A stretch of 47,875 nt of DNA from Perkinsus olseni (taxonomy: Eukaryota). Positions 32,504-46,111 of this stretch are shown here, piece after piece. A program made the translations under genes and the position numbers. Under the pieces are notes generated by a model. That model searched no databases. It worked only from the letters and a program-made list of their open reading frames with translations, and had not been told where the DNA came from. Position 1 is the first letter of the stretch. Each line of letters begins with the position of its first letter. Where the stretch lies: contig JABANN010000244.1 in the NCBI GenBank assembly GCA_013115125.1, positions 1 to 47,875 on the forward strand, written 5' to 3'.

Positions 32504-34099
32504 AAATCACCTCCTCGGGTGCCCGCTCATCAGCGTGCCCTGGCATTTTGTACTGATTCATCGCCAGCATGGCAATGAGCCTTCAATCATCATGATGCAA
32601 AAAATGCATCTTCTGCTTTTCATAGGAGAGGAGCTCTTATTTAATCGGCCTGAATACGACGTCAGTTTTTTCGAAGCGGCATATTTAATATGCTCCATGT
32701 TGACACTGTTACAGGAGTCGTGATTGATAACGGCATAACCTCTCCACCACCTCGCTCAGTTTTTATCACACAACGAGTATGCATGTTTGTTCAGTCGGGT
32801 CGGTCGGAAGCCTCGCAGATCTACCGAGACCGGGTCTCGGGAAAGGCAAGGCTTAACTGTCAGAGAGTGGCAACTCCGCAGGAGAGGGTGCGACGTGCCT
32901 CATGCGTCAGATGGTACAAAACGATCACTCAGCCGATGAAGCTTGATTCAATTTATGTGAGTATCTCAATGCTTTTGGTGCACAGGCAGCCACTACCGCA
33001 CCGGTAAATCCGGTCGTTTCAGAGCGATAGTGACTACCAGAATTCCATGAGTCAATCATGGTCAAACTCATGGGGTCGCTTCCATCATACCCTGACGACC
33101 GTTGACGCTGGCCTGTAACGACTAGCGGCCTGTGCAACCGGATGGTATCAAATCACTCATGAAAACGGTCCGCAGGGTAACTGTTCATGGTACCTGTTCG
33201 TTCTGTTACCACTGGTAATTTACCAGCTCCGCAGTGTGGAACCTGGAAGGTCTGGCAGCTCGTCCAGGTTCTATACTGGTGTAAAGCGGTAACGCCGCGA
33301 ATCGGTCACAATGTGATCGATACGTTCTCGACGCTGCTAGAATCATTGACATCGGCAACAGCCCGTCCTTCCGCTCCAGATGCAGCCTGCTAGATCTCCG
33401 AAGATTCCGGTGGTTCCCAGCGACAACCTAGGCAGCCTCCCTCTGTCTCTTCGATAACATCTGACGAGCACTTGTCTCTTGTGCGTAGGCGGTAGATAAT
33501 TTTCGCTTGTCGCGTACTTTTTTGTCTCGTGTTTGACACGCGACGCTGGTGCTTACATATCAAGATATCGCCATCCTCCTGCTTGTGCGTTTCCGACTGA
33601 GACTCTCAGAACCCGAACAGATGTTTGAGATACCACTGAGTGTGATTTGGCCTTGCTCTTGACTCCCTTGATGCAAGTTTGGATGTGGCGATTTGCGCAT
33701 CCGGGGATTCAGGAACTGAAAAAGTTTCCAGCAGAGCCTCACTAGGTTATGTTGGCTGGAGCGCATCGGTCGTCACGCAAGCGCTGTTTTCGATGGATAC
33801 GAGCGGACATTGCGCTGAAGCGTGATCGATATATTGAGCTACAAGCTCAACGATAATTGAACAGAATCTGTTCAACAGATCGTCTACAGCAGATGATGCA
33901 GATTCCAGAGGCTGGAAGTAGCCAGCCTGCTGGAGACACAGATTATACGTTAGGGTTGACTCAGATAAGCAATGTATTCAGTTGTGTTGGATCAATTAAC
34001 GGGAGTCTCTCACTGATAGGCGGTCGGGCGAACCAAACAGTTATCACGAGCCTCAGTTATCAGTCGGGGAACTAACTCCTATAAAGTGCGGGTGCCAAC

Positions 34100-35100
34100 T
34101 TGCCGCCACCACACCGCTGACCGCCTCGGTTTCCGAGGCTCGCGGTCCTCGCTAACCAGTTGCTTGCTTCTGGTCTTCGCGGATGCACCATCGGTGGGTT
34201 TGGCATCTTTCCAGTGAGATGCAGAACACACTATCGCAGTGTCACTATGCAGGGGCTGTGTCAACGCAGCTGGAGGGAAAGCGTTCTAGCGGTACATCGC
34301 ATGAGGCAACGTTAATGTGCTTGACGCAAATCCACTCATTCCGCCCACAGAATTGCAACCAGCTTTGGAACACCGTGAATGATACAGTTATTTCCTTCAT
34401 CCCGCAAATCATCAGCGGCAAATGAGCCGACATTTCTTCCCTCACAGAAGAGGAAGCCACAGCTGCCCGTTGTCTGCCGAGGATCCGATTATCGAGCAGG
34501 TGGGAGCTCTCCGTCGCTGATATCATCGGTGATAGAATTTCGGTCTGAAGCCGCTCGCTTATCGAATGGCCGGGCGCCTACTTATGCTTAAGGCCTCTCC
34601 TGATCGAAAGACTGAAAAGAACTCTCGGGCCGAACGTGGGCGTGAGAATCCTCTCGGATTCCGATCACCCAGTGATTGAATCACCGCAGCGTAGCAGTCG
34701 CTCTGCGACAGATCACTCTGCCAGGATCAATTCGGTTAGGTTAATCGATGCATCACAGACCTATCAGACTGTGCGCTCTGGGAGACTGCATACAAGAATG
34801 GGTTATTCGGGGACGCTTTCGAATGGGTAGCGTCTTTCGAGGATGTGCGCTCTGAACTCATTGGACTAGTCCAGAGGTAACCACAATACCGAGCCTCATC
34901 CCGCAACCCACGCTCCCTTGGCGCCCTCTGATTTTTCGTGCTCCTCTCCATTAGCTGCAGCCCGGAACCTCGGTCTCCCTCGTCTTCGAGTGCATCACCA
35001 CCAACAACCGAAGCTGAACGCTCCACACGATTTGAGTCACAGCCCAGTGGTGCCAGAGGACCTTCCGCCCTAGTGAGCATTGCCATGACTTAGTGGACTT
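34100..35100 (-). mobile_element. Decayed hAT transposase remnant, same family as 19790-20215
   Basis: DNA at ~34263-34750 is clearly similar to ~19790-20215 (e.g. GGAGGGAAAGCGTTCTAGCGGTACA, GGTGGGAGCTCTCCGTCGCTGATATC); encodes KHINVASCDVPLERFPSSC. Confidence 0.65.
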
Positions 35101-35326
35101 TATCGTTCCTCAATGGAGGACTGAATGCCGTGAGGAGTTCATGATGCTGTCGCGCGCGGCTCATGGCCATAGCCTGATCGTCACCTTCGCGTTTAAACAT
35201 ATGCCAGGTTCTGGGCTGCGGCAAAAGTAGAATGCCCCGTCAACTCATCTCCCTCGGATATACGCTGGTAGCGATCGAGCCTGCGATCACTCCGACGGTT
35301 CTACCTCTGTTGGGTGGTATTCCTAC

Positions 35327-35650
35327 GTGAGCCCTCAGGTTACGGCGATAGATGCAAGCGATACGGCAATTGCCGAGATGAGTAAGTTCAGGTTGGACTG
35401 TTCTTTGACTGTTATGTACAACAGCAATACCAGCCAGAAAATGAATCCTAAGAACATCGACCTTCGCGATGATTGCGATTTTTGCATTCAAGGCGATAAT
35501 TCACGGCACTACGTCATTTGCCCTCAGTTCGACTCCGTCATGGGGCGGACTATAAGCAGGGATTTGCGGACTCGAACGAACTTACAGGAGGGTGCTTCAA
35601 TCTGGTCATTGATAAGGGTAGATAGGCAGACGAGCACAGCAAACGGTTGA
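35327..35650 (+). mobile_element. Possible non-LTR retrotransposon ORF2 C-terminal CCHC remnant
   Basis: SKFRLDC...CDFC..GDNSRHYVICPQF resembles the CxxC..H....C motif of LINE ORF2. Confidence 0.4.
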
Positions 35651-36499
35651 AGTACAGTAAAGAGACCTGCTAGGTTTGATGGACTGCCTCATGCGGGATG
35701 GAACAGACGATACCGCGGCAAACGCTACGATGAGGCAGACACAGAGGGTGCTTCAGAATGGCGGTGTGTACGTGTCCGTTAGCGGTGTTCCACCTGAGCG
35801 AAGGATGCCCATCTTCAGCAAAATGGCCAAAGGTGCGTGAGCGCCACCATGAATCGAGGTCCTCGGACGTCCAGTAGGTGCAAGATTAGATAACCCTGTA
35901 TATCGCGAGTGCCTGTTGTCACGCCCAAAGCTCGCCGTTGCCATGGAAGGTCAACTGTTCATGTCCAAGAAAGTCTACCTGTATGCTTGCAGCAAGCCCT
36001 ACGACTCGAATGTAGGGATCAGGCGGGAGCTCTTGCTGGTGCTCAGCTGCTTGTCCGTTGACTCGGCGATGCTGCGTTTGAGTGAAACTGTTCCGCAGCT
36101 GAGCATTCTCACAGCGATTCACAATTCTACTCAGGCATCCTGGGCGACTCTCGAAATCTGGTCAGAGGCGCTGTCAGCCTGTCGTGAGCCTCTTCGTGCC
36201 GTCACGAACTCTCATCGCAGCTGGTCTCTTGGCGCTAGCGCGATTGCCGAGTAGGGCGACGCCACCCTACCGAAAATTGCTGGCAACCACGCCAGCAGTC
36301 CATCTCAGGTTGGCCCGCGTCGAGATCGAGAACGCCAGCACTGACCATGGGCTGCAAGGAGAGGTATGGTTCGTCGTTCATGACGTAGAGTCGAATCATG
36401 TCCCAACGACTAACACGACTGGTGGTCCTTCCCAAAGGCCTGTAACCGCTCAGCCTTTGAAGTCGAACCTTGTATGAAGGTACATGTCGTGGTAGTTGG

Positions 36500-37750
36500 G
36501 GCTGCCGCCAACGGCTTCAGCCGACAACTCGGAGAAGTGTAGTACATTCCTGCTTCCGAAATTCACAGTAACTACCCCAGAGAATGCTCCGTCACCAGAT
36601 ACGATATTTTCTCCCGCGACGAGCCTTGGAGTGGATCTTGCCCCTTCCGCCCTCCGACTGCCAGGTCCGACTGTCAGGGAAACAGAGCCACCTCTTCTGT
36701 GTAACCCTAGCTCCCGTTCTCAGGCAAGTTCCTGTCCCTGACTGTGTTATTCAGGCTAACGTGCAAAACACGATGGACATGTGTCGACCCCTTCGGCATT
36801 CCAGTATCTGAAGGCCGCTCCCGTAGCCGCTACAAGCGGTCAGGAATCTCCTGGATCACGGCGGACATTGTCGATTCAGAGGACTTCCTAGTACGCACCT
36901 GAAATCTGGATTTTATGAGTCCGAGCGCAGTACTCCTGCTCTCATTTCTTCAGTCGGCCCTGAACTTTTCAGCTCGGGATCAGCGGAAGTCGCTACCTTT
37001 GGTATGTTCTGGCTGGACCCCTTCGGCCCCGATGCGACTTCGAGTTCAGATCTTGGACTTCGGAGTACTGGATGCACTGGCCAACCTCAGTGGGTCTGCA
37101 GCTATCGGCCTCGTCGAAAGATATGTCAATGGAGTGCTCACAGCTGTTCGCCCGAGGGGCGGTGGCGATGCGAACCAGGGTGGACAGTGGTAGGCCATCT
37201 CCTTTTGCCCCGGGCACCCACGGGGGAAGAGCCTTCGGGCTGAGGCGTGTACTGTGCGGTGCCTCTCCCTCCCGAAACTGTAGGAGCGCTGATTCACTCC
37301 CGCACGGCAGGTTACTCGTGAGTCGACAGAGCCCGAGTATGATTGCATGTGTGGTCACCCCGCTTGGAGGAGTCCTACAGTCAGCCTTCTCGATACCCTC
37401 AGTGGATGGAATCCACCGGGAGGCTTTCTTCGCGTGAGACGAGTTCGCCCTCGAACCACTTAGTGAGCCTCATAGATACTATATTGGCACTAGTCCGGAG
37501 GAGTCTCGGCAACGAGGGCCCTCCTTAATCCGAACGTGAGTGAGCTTATCGGCCAGGCCGTGGCCCGTTAGAGAACACCGCTGCATCATGTGCTAGTCGA
37601 GTGATGCTGTTCAACCTGTTAGCCTCACAATCGATGAAGACAGTAGGGCTCTCGAATACGGCATCGACGTGAAGGAGTTCGTTCCACCACAACTTCCCCA
37701 CACTGCGCGTCGGATGGCTGAGGTGACGCCTTCTCGGGCTCTCTGCTCCC
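36500..37750 (-). mobile_element. Decayed non-LTR retrotransposon RNase H region
   Basis: In order: AVFSNGPR (VFTDGSK), HAIILGL, GSESALLQ (DSQSAL), WVPGAKG (WVPGHxG), then IVSGDGAF (LTGHGxF). Catalytic residues are degenerate. Confidence 0.55.
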
Positions 37751-37836
37751 ATCCGGCCTTATCGTTGCTCCTCGACCTGGCAGTACCACACAATCACCCG
37801 ATCGCAGTTTCATAACGCAGCGCTACTGAATGGTAG

Positions 37837-39611
<1,775 letters not shown>

Positions 39612-39679
39612 AGCGCAGGTGTCGCCCTGGAAATTAGTACTCAGCCACCGGCGCTCCAGTCGAATGATGACGATCCCGT

Positions 39680-41790
39680 TAAGTGGGAGATGAGCGTACG
39701 CCACTTGAAGACCATCGTGATTCTTGCAGCGACACGTCAGCAGACGACAGATCGACACTCGCCCGTCCGTACGAATCACTGATATCCTCGGTGAGTTAAT
39801 CGCCCATCCACCATGCTCCCTCACTATCAACTCATCCAATTCTTCAGTTTCGCCATAGTCTACGCCTCTTAACAGAAGCCTGCAGCGTACTGGAGATCAG
39901 AAATGCCCTTTCGTCCTTAGCAGAGGCGACTATGAAAGAAGCTCAGGTCTGCGACTCTTCGAAAGCGAATGAAGTCGCCTTTTCTTGCTCTTAGGTTGAG
40001 CTTTTATGTGAGGATAAGGCTAGGCTGAGGGTCCACCAGGAGAGGCGAGCAAACCTTGACGCGTGGGTCTTCCGCAGCACTTCACGGTCTCGAATCGTCG
40101 TCTATGTGCTTCACAGCCTTTCCCACTGGCAATTGCTCAGTAGCCCCCCACGGTAGCTCTAACTCCCGAGACCATAGACGCATGCCTGCGTCGTCTCTCT
40201 TCTCTTTTCGCCTCTGACCACTCAGAGTCCCTGGCGTTTGCAGTTACCTGGTGCGCCGTTCACCATCGGATATTCCTGAGTCTGCTAAACAGGCGGCGGT
40301 AGAATATGTGTGGTTAGTAGAGGAAGGCACTGGTACTTTGCACCTGCCTACCGCCGATACTGTGAAGGAGGTGATTCGACCGTCGTCCGGGTTGTCTTTG
40401 GCGGACCGCCAGTGGCGGTAACCCGAGAATCTGATTACACAACCTGGTGATGGAGAAGGTGGTGTAAACAGGTTCTCAGTCCACCATCACTAATGGTGGC
40501 GGCCCTTGCTAAAGCGTCGGCTGCAATTCCCTGGGGCACCACTAGAGTGGCTGATCTGCTCAACCTAGGTGACACTGGTGATCCTCACCGATATTGGCAT
40601 TCATTCTCGACCGCCCAGCCTGCTGTTGATCGCCGGTACCGTTGATGGAGTCTTATTTGTCGGTGACAGTGCTGTGCCACCGCCATTACTCCCGCCCGAG
40701 TCGTGCTTGAGGTAGAGTCAGTGCTCGTCATGCACGTCTACTTCCAGCGTCGTGCAACTCGTCACAGATGCCCGGTTGAGGATATATCCGCAAGAGTCGC
40801 AGCGGAGCCATCGTTCAGAGCCTGGCGCGTCCCTCTGGGTGCCTCAGGGTTCTACTGTGAGCCACTCATCATGGACGACTGGGAAGTCCTAAAGAAGTAA
40901 TCCGTCACGAACAGAACGGGGAAGACGAACAATATTCAGGACCCTGAGGGCCAACCGAGAGCGGCTGAAAGATTCAGGCATACGGCCGAGCGATATAACG
41001 CTGTAGAAGCTCTCATTGAACGTATCTTCGAGACCACACCCAAGGTACTTGCACAAGCGTGAGGTCCAAGGCTGCATCGAGCGATGGCGACAGTCTCTCG
41101 TCGAGGGGTTCGCCTACTACAGTGGGATATGGCATAACGGAAAGGAAGGAGAGCGGAGTCTCGCTGGAATGATTTGGTCCGCCATCAGCTGTGGGCTTCC
41201 TTCCGTTGATGACAACAGCAGGTTCGAAAAGTTCACCCGAGTCTGCCCGGAAACCAGCGTCCCTTTCTGCTTCCTGGACGTGTCATACTGGGTAGCTGAC
41301 TGCGCCGAAGGTCAAGGGCTGGTCAGCACTGCTGTGATGGTCATGACGTCTTTCGTACGTCCCGTTCACTGTAGCTCGCATATGTACAGTAGTTGCCGCT
41401 AGGTGAAGGAAGAGCTCTGTGCTGGCGACAACGTAACGGAGGTCCTCCTCTATTGTCGAGATGATAACTTGAGGTCTCAAGCAGTGGCCCGGAGGCTCGG
41501 CTTCATACCGACTACCAACGCTAATGCTGATAACTGCTTCACGCTGCAATTGGATGACATGTGGCAGTAGGGCCCGCACCACGGGAAAATCACGGTATAA
41601 GGGCTTAGGTACCGTGCTTTTCAAGCAATCAGGGCATACGGGGTTAGGCGTAGGGCCGAGAAGGAACGGAGGGAGTAGGGTGAGCCTTGATCGATTCCCC
41701 CATTCACCTGTCAGATACGACACAGCCGTGATCAATCGCGAAAAATGCCGTGCTAAAAAACTCCGTAAACTAAGAGAAAACTTCCCCATG
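39680..41790 (-). CDS. Hypothetical multi-exon gene; structure unresolved
   Basis: Chain of coding-like segments bounded by GT/AG (e.g. ORFs 41283-41822 and 40889-41077; exon TTIRDREVLRKTHASRFARLS). No recognised domain. Confidence 0.35.
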
Positions 41791-42380
41791 CAAGACCGCG
41801 ATAACTGCGATGCGGCCGCCACGTATAAGCTGTCTCACGAGGATGGTGGCAAGAGAGAAGAATAGCGATACCTAGGTATTTGGAGGGCCTCCGTCGCAGC
41901 TCTTCGCAAGAAGTGAAATGGCGGATTGCCGAGGGATGCTACAAACTGGAGGAGAGCGAGCATTCCTATGATGAGGAAGCGAGAGGGTTGGTTCACTATC
42001 AGCTTACGGTATCGCTTACCTGGCTTGTCAGGCGGGAAGCTGTGCTACGCGGCCGAGAGATTCTCTGTGAATTTCTCACCCAGAAGATTATCCCAGACTC
42101 GATGGAGATCGACAGGCTGCTCGAACTCGATGGGGGGCGATCAGCGATTGCGAGCCTCAGGGAGCGACTGCTGGAGACACAGCGGAATCAATGGTAGCGA
42201 TGATATAACTGTCGTGCGTGTCTGTGGACCATTCCTGCTTCGGAGCAGCTTGTCCGATTCTTACTGGGAAGTGTTTGCCGTAATCCTCATTCCTCAGGCA
42301 GGCCATGCAGCCGGGAAGAGTGCCGACGCTTAGTCATTTCAGTCAGTACCGCGGGGAGGTTCTTGTGGGGAGCTCACAAG
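41788..42380 (+). CDS. Hypothetical short multi-exon gene or gene fragment
   Basis: Charged helical ORF 41880-42197 with GT-AG flanks. No recognised domain. Confidence 0.35.
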
Positions 42381-44160
42381 GTAAGCGCGTCGCCATCGTA
42401 ACCTTTTGAATTTAAAAGTATTGTTCATCCGGCATCCCCAGAGGAAGACCTGTGCCATTCTCCGACGCGCCAATCCTTGGAGGTGCAACCGTATGACGCG
42501 TGAAAAAGCTCAACGCCGGTGCATTTACGTGGGAGACGCTAAGCGTGAAGGATACGCGCGGGAGGCGCCGTTACGGGTCATCCAGGCCGTGATGCCAACA
42601 CGCGGCTACGTTGACGCGTGGTACGCCGCATACCATGTGCGCAGACCGTCTGCGTAATCTAACGCGTATAGCGCGTTCCACACTCCTCGCACCCACATTA
42701 TTTACTACGCGCCGTGTAGTATGTCGATGGAATCGTGAGAGAATGCGCGGAGCTACAGTCTATGGTTAGGTTCGGTGGCAGCGCTCGATAAATTCCATGC
42801 ATTGAATATCGTGCTTGTCACACGGGAGTATCAGCTCCTCGGCTGCTGCCAGCCATTTCTGATGGATTGCTTCCCAGTGATGGGCTCTTTATGAGAAGCA
42901 GATTAGGCCGAAATGTGGCGCATCTGATTGATAGGGCCCAGCAGCAACCGAGTAGATCGGTGATGCCCATCCTGGGCCCTAGCTGCTACTGATGAGCCCC
43001 TACGGAAAAAAACTATCCGACCTTCGTCAATGCTTCGGAAGCATTACTTCCAATATTATCTTGTCGCGCAGTGATGTCAAGCGATCTGATATCGGGTTGC
43101 TCAATGAATTCAGCGTCGGGTCCGCCCGAGTCCAGGATACGGCGGTATCATGAGTCGATGGGAAGCCTGGCACCACTCGAATCATTGGACGACGTCTGGC
43201 AGGCCATCCAGGGAACGTGGGTAGGTTAAATGGTTGGGCGACGGTCAATGACCGTCAACCTTCCGTGAGATGGTCGTAGGACTTTTCAGGTAAATTCACT
43301 TAACCACAGGGTGTTTGTGAAGGGCAGCTCATTGCACATCAATGGTTTGATCAGCTCAGATGAATTAAAGGAAACATCGGTCAACGGGAATCAGTGTGAG
43401 CCCTCTGCACAGTCCGGGAAAATTCACGCCACGGCTTGGCTTGAACCGGTGGTTGCTCCTCATCGACTCCTTCGAAGGTATCGGGTGGATGAAATGGTAC
43501 GTGGATCCGTCGCAGTCGGATGCTTCGCGGATGACGTGGTTGGCGAAAGATTACTTTTCTACAATAAGTTCGACTGTGGTTTGGCGGCGAGTGTGATATA
43601 CTGTATCTTGTTTCAAGTGTTCTTCATGATGACCATGAACCGCAACTTCTCTCGAGATCAAGAATCCTCTTGAGCTGTTCGGGTATCGATCAGATAATGA
43701 GAGCCCTGTTCCAGAATTCATCGTCTAATTAGAGTGAGGCTATTGCCCATCGAGCACCGTTTGAAAACGCAAAGTTCAGACGGACTAGCTTCAGCCCGGC
43801 CAGGCAAAATGCGGCGAACTTTTAGCGAACAGTATACAGTGCGTTCGGGTTTGATATGAAAGTCGACTAAAGCGCTGTAACTCGGATATGAACGAACATT
43901 TCACGACGAGGAACTAGTCACTATAGCTAAAAAAGGGCAATCGATTGGTGATATTTTTATAACAAAACTGTCAGCCGTTTCACGAGGAGGACAAGCGAAG
44001 GGTTTGAGACCCATCTTCAACGTTCGTTTTTGATAAGCAGCAACTCTTAATCTCGTCACTATGGCTACTTTTGGTCGTTTCTTGTACGCCGTAACGGCGT
44101 CCCGTTCCAGCCGTTCATATTCTCTAAACTATCGTCTCGTCCTAGGGCCTATTTCAAACG

Positions 44161-44600
44161 TCTCGCTAAAGAAGCACTTCTTGAGGTATAAGAACCTCTT
44201 ATAAGAAATTGTTCAAGAAGCACAGCCTGTTTCAAAAGATTTTCCTTCTTTAAGGCTGACTTCTTATACCTTAAGAAGCCTCATTGAGCTTCTAAAGCCA
44301 TAAAATTCATCAGAAAATGGGTGTCCTGGCTGGGAATTGAACACGCGTTGGAAACCGCGTGAACTTGAAAAAGTGAGGCGTTGAACTTCTTTGAACTGGG
44401 AAAGAAGGTTTAAGGTTGAAGGAGGAAGCAAGTTTAAGTGGGTATTGAATTATCGCTAAGTCGGGAGCGTAGCGAAGCAAAAAATCACCCCCCCCATAAC
44501 CTCCTCTCGAGGAGGTAAAGCTTCGTAAGCTGCAAGGCTCGAGAAAGACCGCCTTTTGAAACAAGTTAAAGCTTCTTGAACTTCTTGAACTGCACCGAAG
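44161..44600. repeat. AT-rich block with an inverted repeat and recurring CTTCTT/AAGAAG/GAACTT words (MITE/foldback-like)
   Basis: 44177-44194 CTTCTTGAGGTATAAGAA is the reverse complement of 44261-44278 at 17/18 positions. Confidence 0.5.
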
Positions 44601-45647
44601 TGTTATAGTACCGCTGTCAGCCGACTGCTGACGTGAGCTCAAAGATCATTGACCTCACAGTGTAACGCTTACGCAGTCAAGTCGTGATCGAGTCGTCGAT
44701 TGATACTATGGGTGGTTGATGATAGTGACTCTGGCAACACAATCCCAGAGGAAAATGCAGAAATCATATAATACTTGAGCTGCGGTCGATAAGGCTGGCA
44801 GGAGTGTCAGCACTGCTAACTGTAGTCCTCAAAAGAATCCACGAAAGATTTTAAATGTAATCGATCCTTTGACGCATCCACATGCAAGCTGCGCTCAATA
44901 CTCTCGCGCCCGCCAAAGCCTGTCTATCTGTCTACTACACACAGACACGGCCGCACAGTCAAAAAGTTAAGAGCAGCAAATAATGGCCGAACGGAGTCGA
45001 TCAACACATAGCGAGCAGTCGATATCAGATATCGATTGCTGCGAGATTCTCGCAGCTAACACTCTGGGCACCAGGAGCGGGCAGATACTCTCACCAGAAG
45101 CTTACTTAGCCGAGCTAAGCATAGTGTAGCACGAGTACTCATGCACGCGAGTGCAAGGCGCAATATCGGGGCCCATTAGTCCCAGATGACCATCTGTTCT
45201 TACTGTGCGCTTTGCACTCGCGTCAATGAGTATACGTGCTACAAAAAGCTTAGCGTAGTAAGCTGTAGTGCACATTATCACTAAGCTTATCTCAAGTCCA
45301 GTTTTACCACTCTTTGACCCCCGTCTCAGATGGCCAGTGGCCACACTGTACTGACTTATCGAACCTATTATTTCGGGCATGCGCGCTGTTTCTTGTCTCG
45401 GTGGCTGACCACTATTAGGAATCAAGATTCACCTCTTTAGAAGAACTGAGATTTGAGGTTTCAGAAATATTAATGAAACATTACAGGCATCCGGGTTTGG
45501 GACTCCTCAACCTCACTGACACATCGTTGCAAGGCATAGCAAGGACGGATCGTGAATCTTGTGTGTTCTCAAATTGAGAATCTCAATGTGAACTTCCCGT
45601 CGTTCTGTGTAGTTTGCTCTCTCCCCTTCTGCAACAGAAGCTCTAAT

Positions 45648-46111
45648 ATGTGGATCTGCTCTATCATCTACTCACTCTTCTTGGGGCTTTCTACCGTGCT
45701 GTATAGTGCGTATGGTGATTCGGAGTTTACGGTTGATATGACGTCTGCTACCTCTATGATAGAGGCTCTATCACCGTCAAGATGATAGACAGCCCCGACG
45801 AGAGTGGCGCCCTGTTCCTCATATTCGAAGCTCATTGCGACGACGTCTGGCGGGGTTCGCTAATTGGGGGGACTACCGTCACATCATCACGTCCAGGTCC
45901 GCTATATCGTTACAACGAGGTCTTCGACAGCTACGGAGTCTCTGAAGATGAGCTCTTTCTTGTAGAGTGGAAACAGCTCGTTAACCAGAATTGTGGTTAC
46001 GACGTCAAGCTCAAAGAAAAAGATATGCTTTACCTCAAAAGATCTGATTCGGAAGATGCCTTCTATTCTGTAGTGAACGACGAATTTGTACCTCTTCATC
46101 GGGTTTCGTAG
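45648..46111 (+). CDS. Small predicted secreted protein; needs one intron or a frameshift near 45707-45765
   Basis: Signal-like MWICSIIYSLFLGLSTVLYS after a pyrimidine tract plus AG; second ORF 45782-46111 has two Cys and ends VNDEFVPLHRVS. Confidence 0.5.

Noticed and set aside
36820-36838. Relic spliced leader (CCGTAGCC...CAAG)
   Set aside because: Only 8 nt plus CAAG match; the central ATCTTGGCT is missing and it lies inside a LINE remnant.
43311-43673. 120-aa ORF or a further hAT C-terminal remnant on the - strand
   Set aside because: Similarity (FPGLCRGLTLIP) too weak to call.
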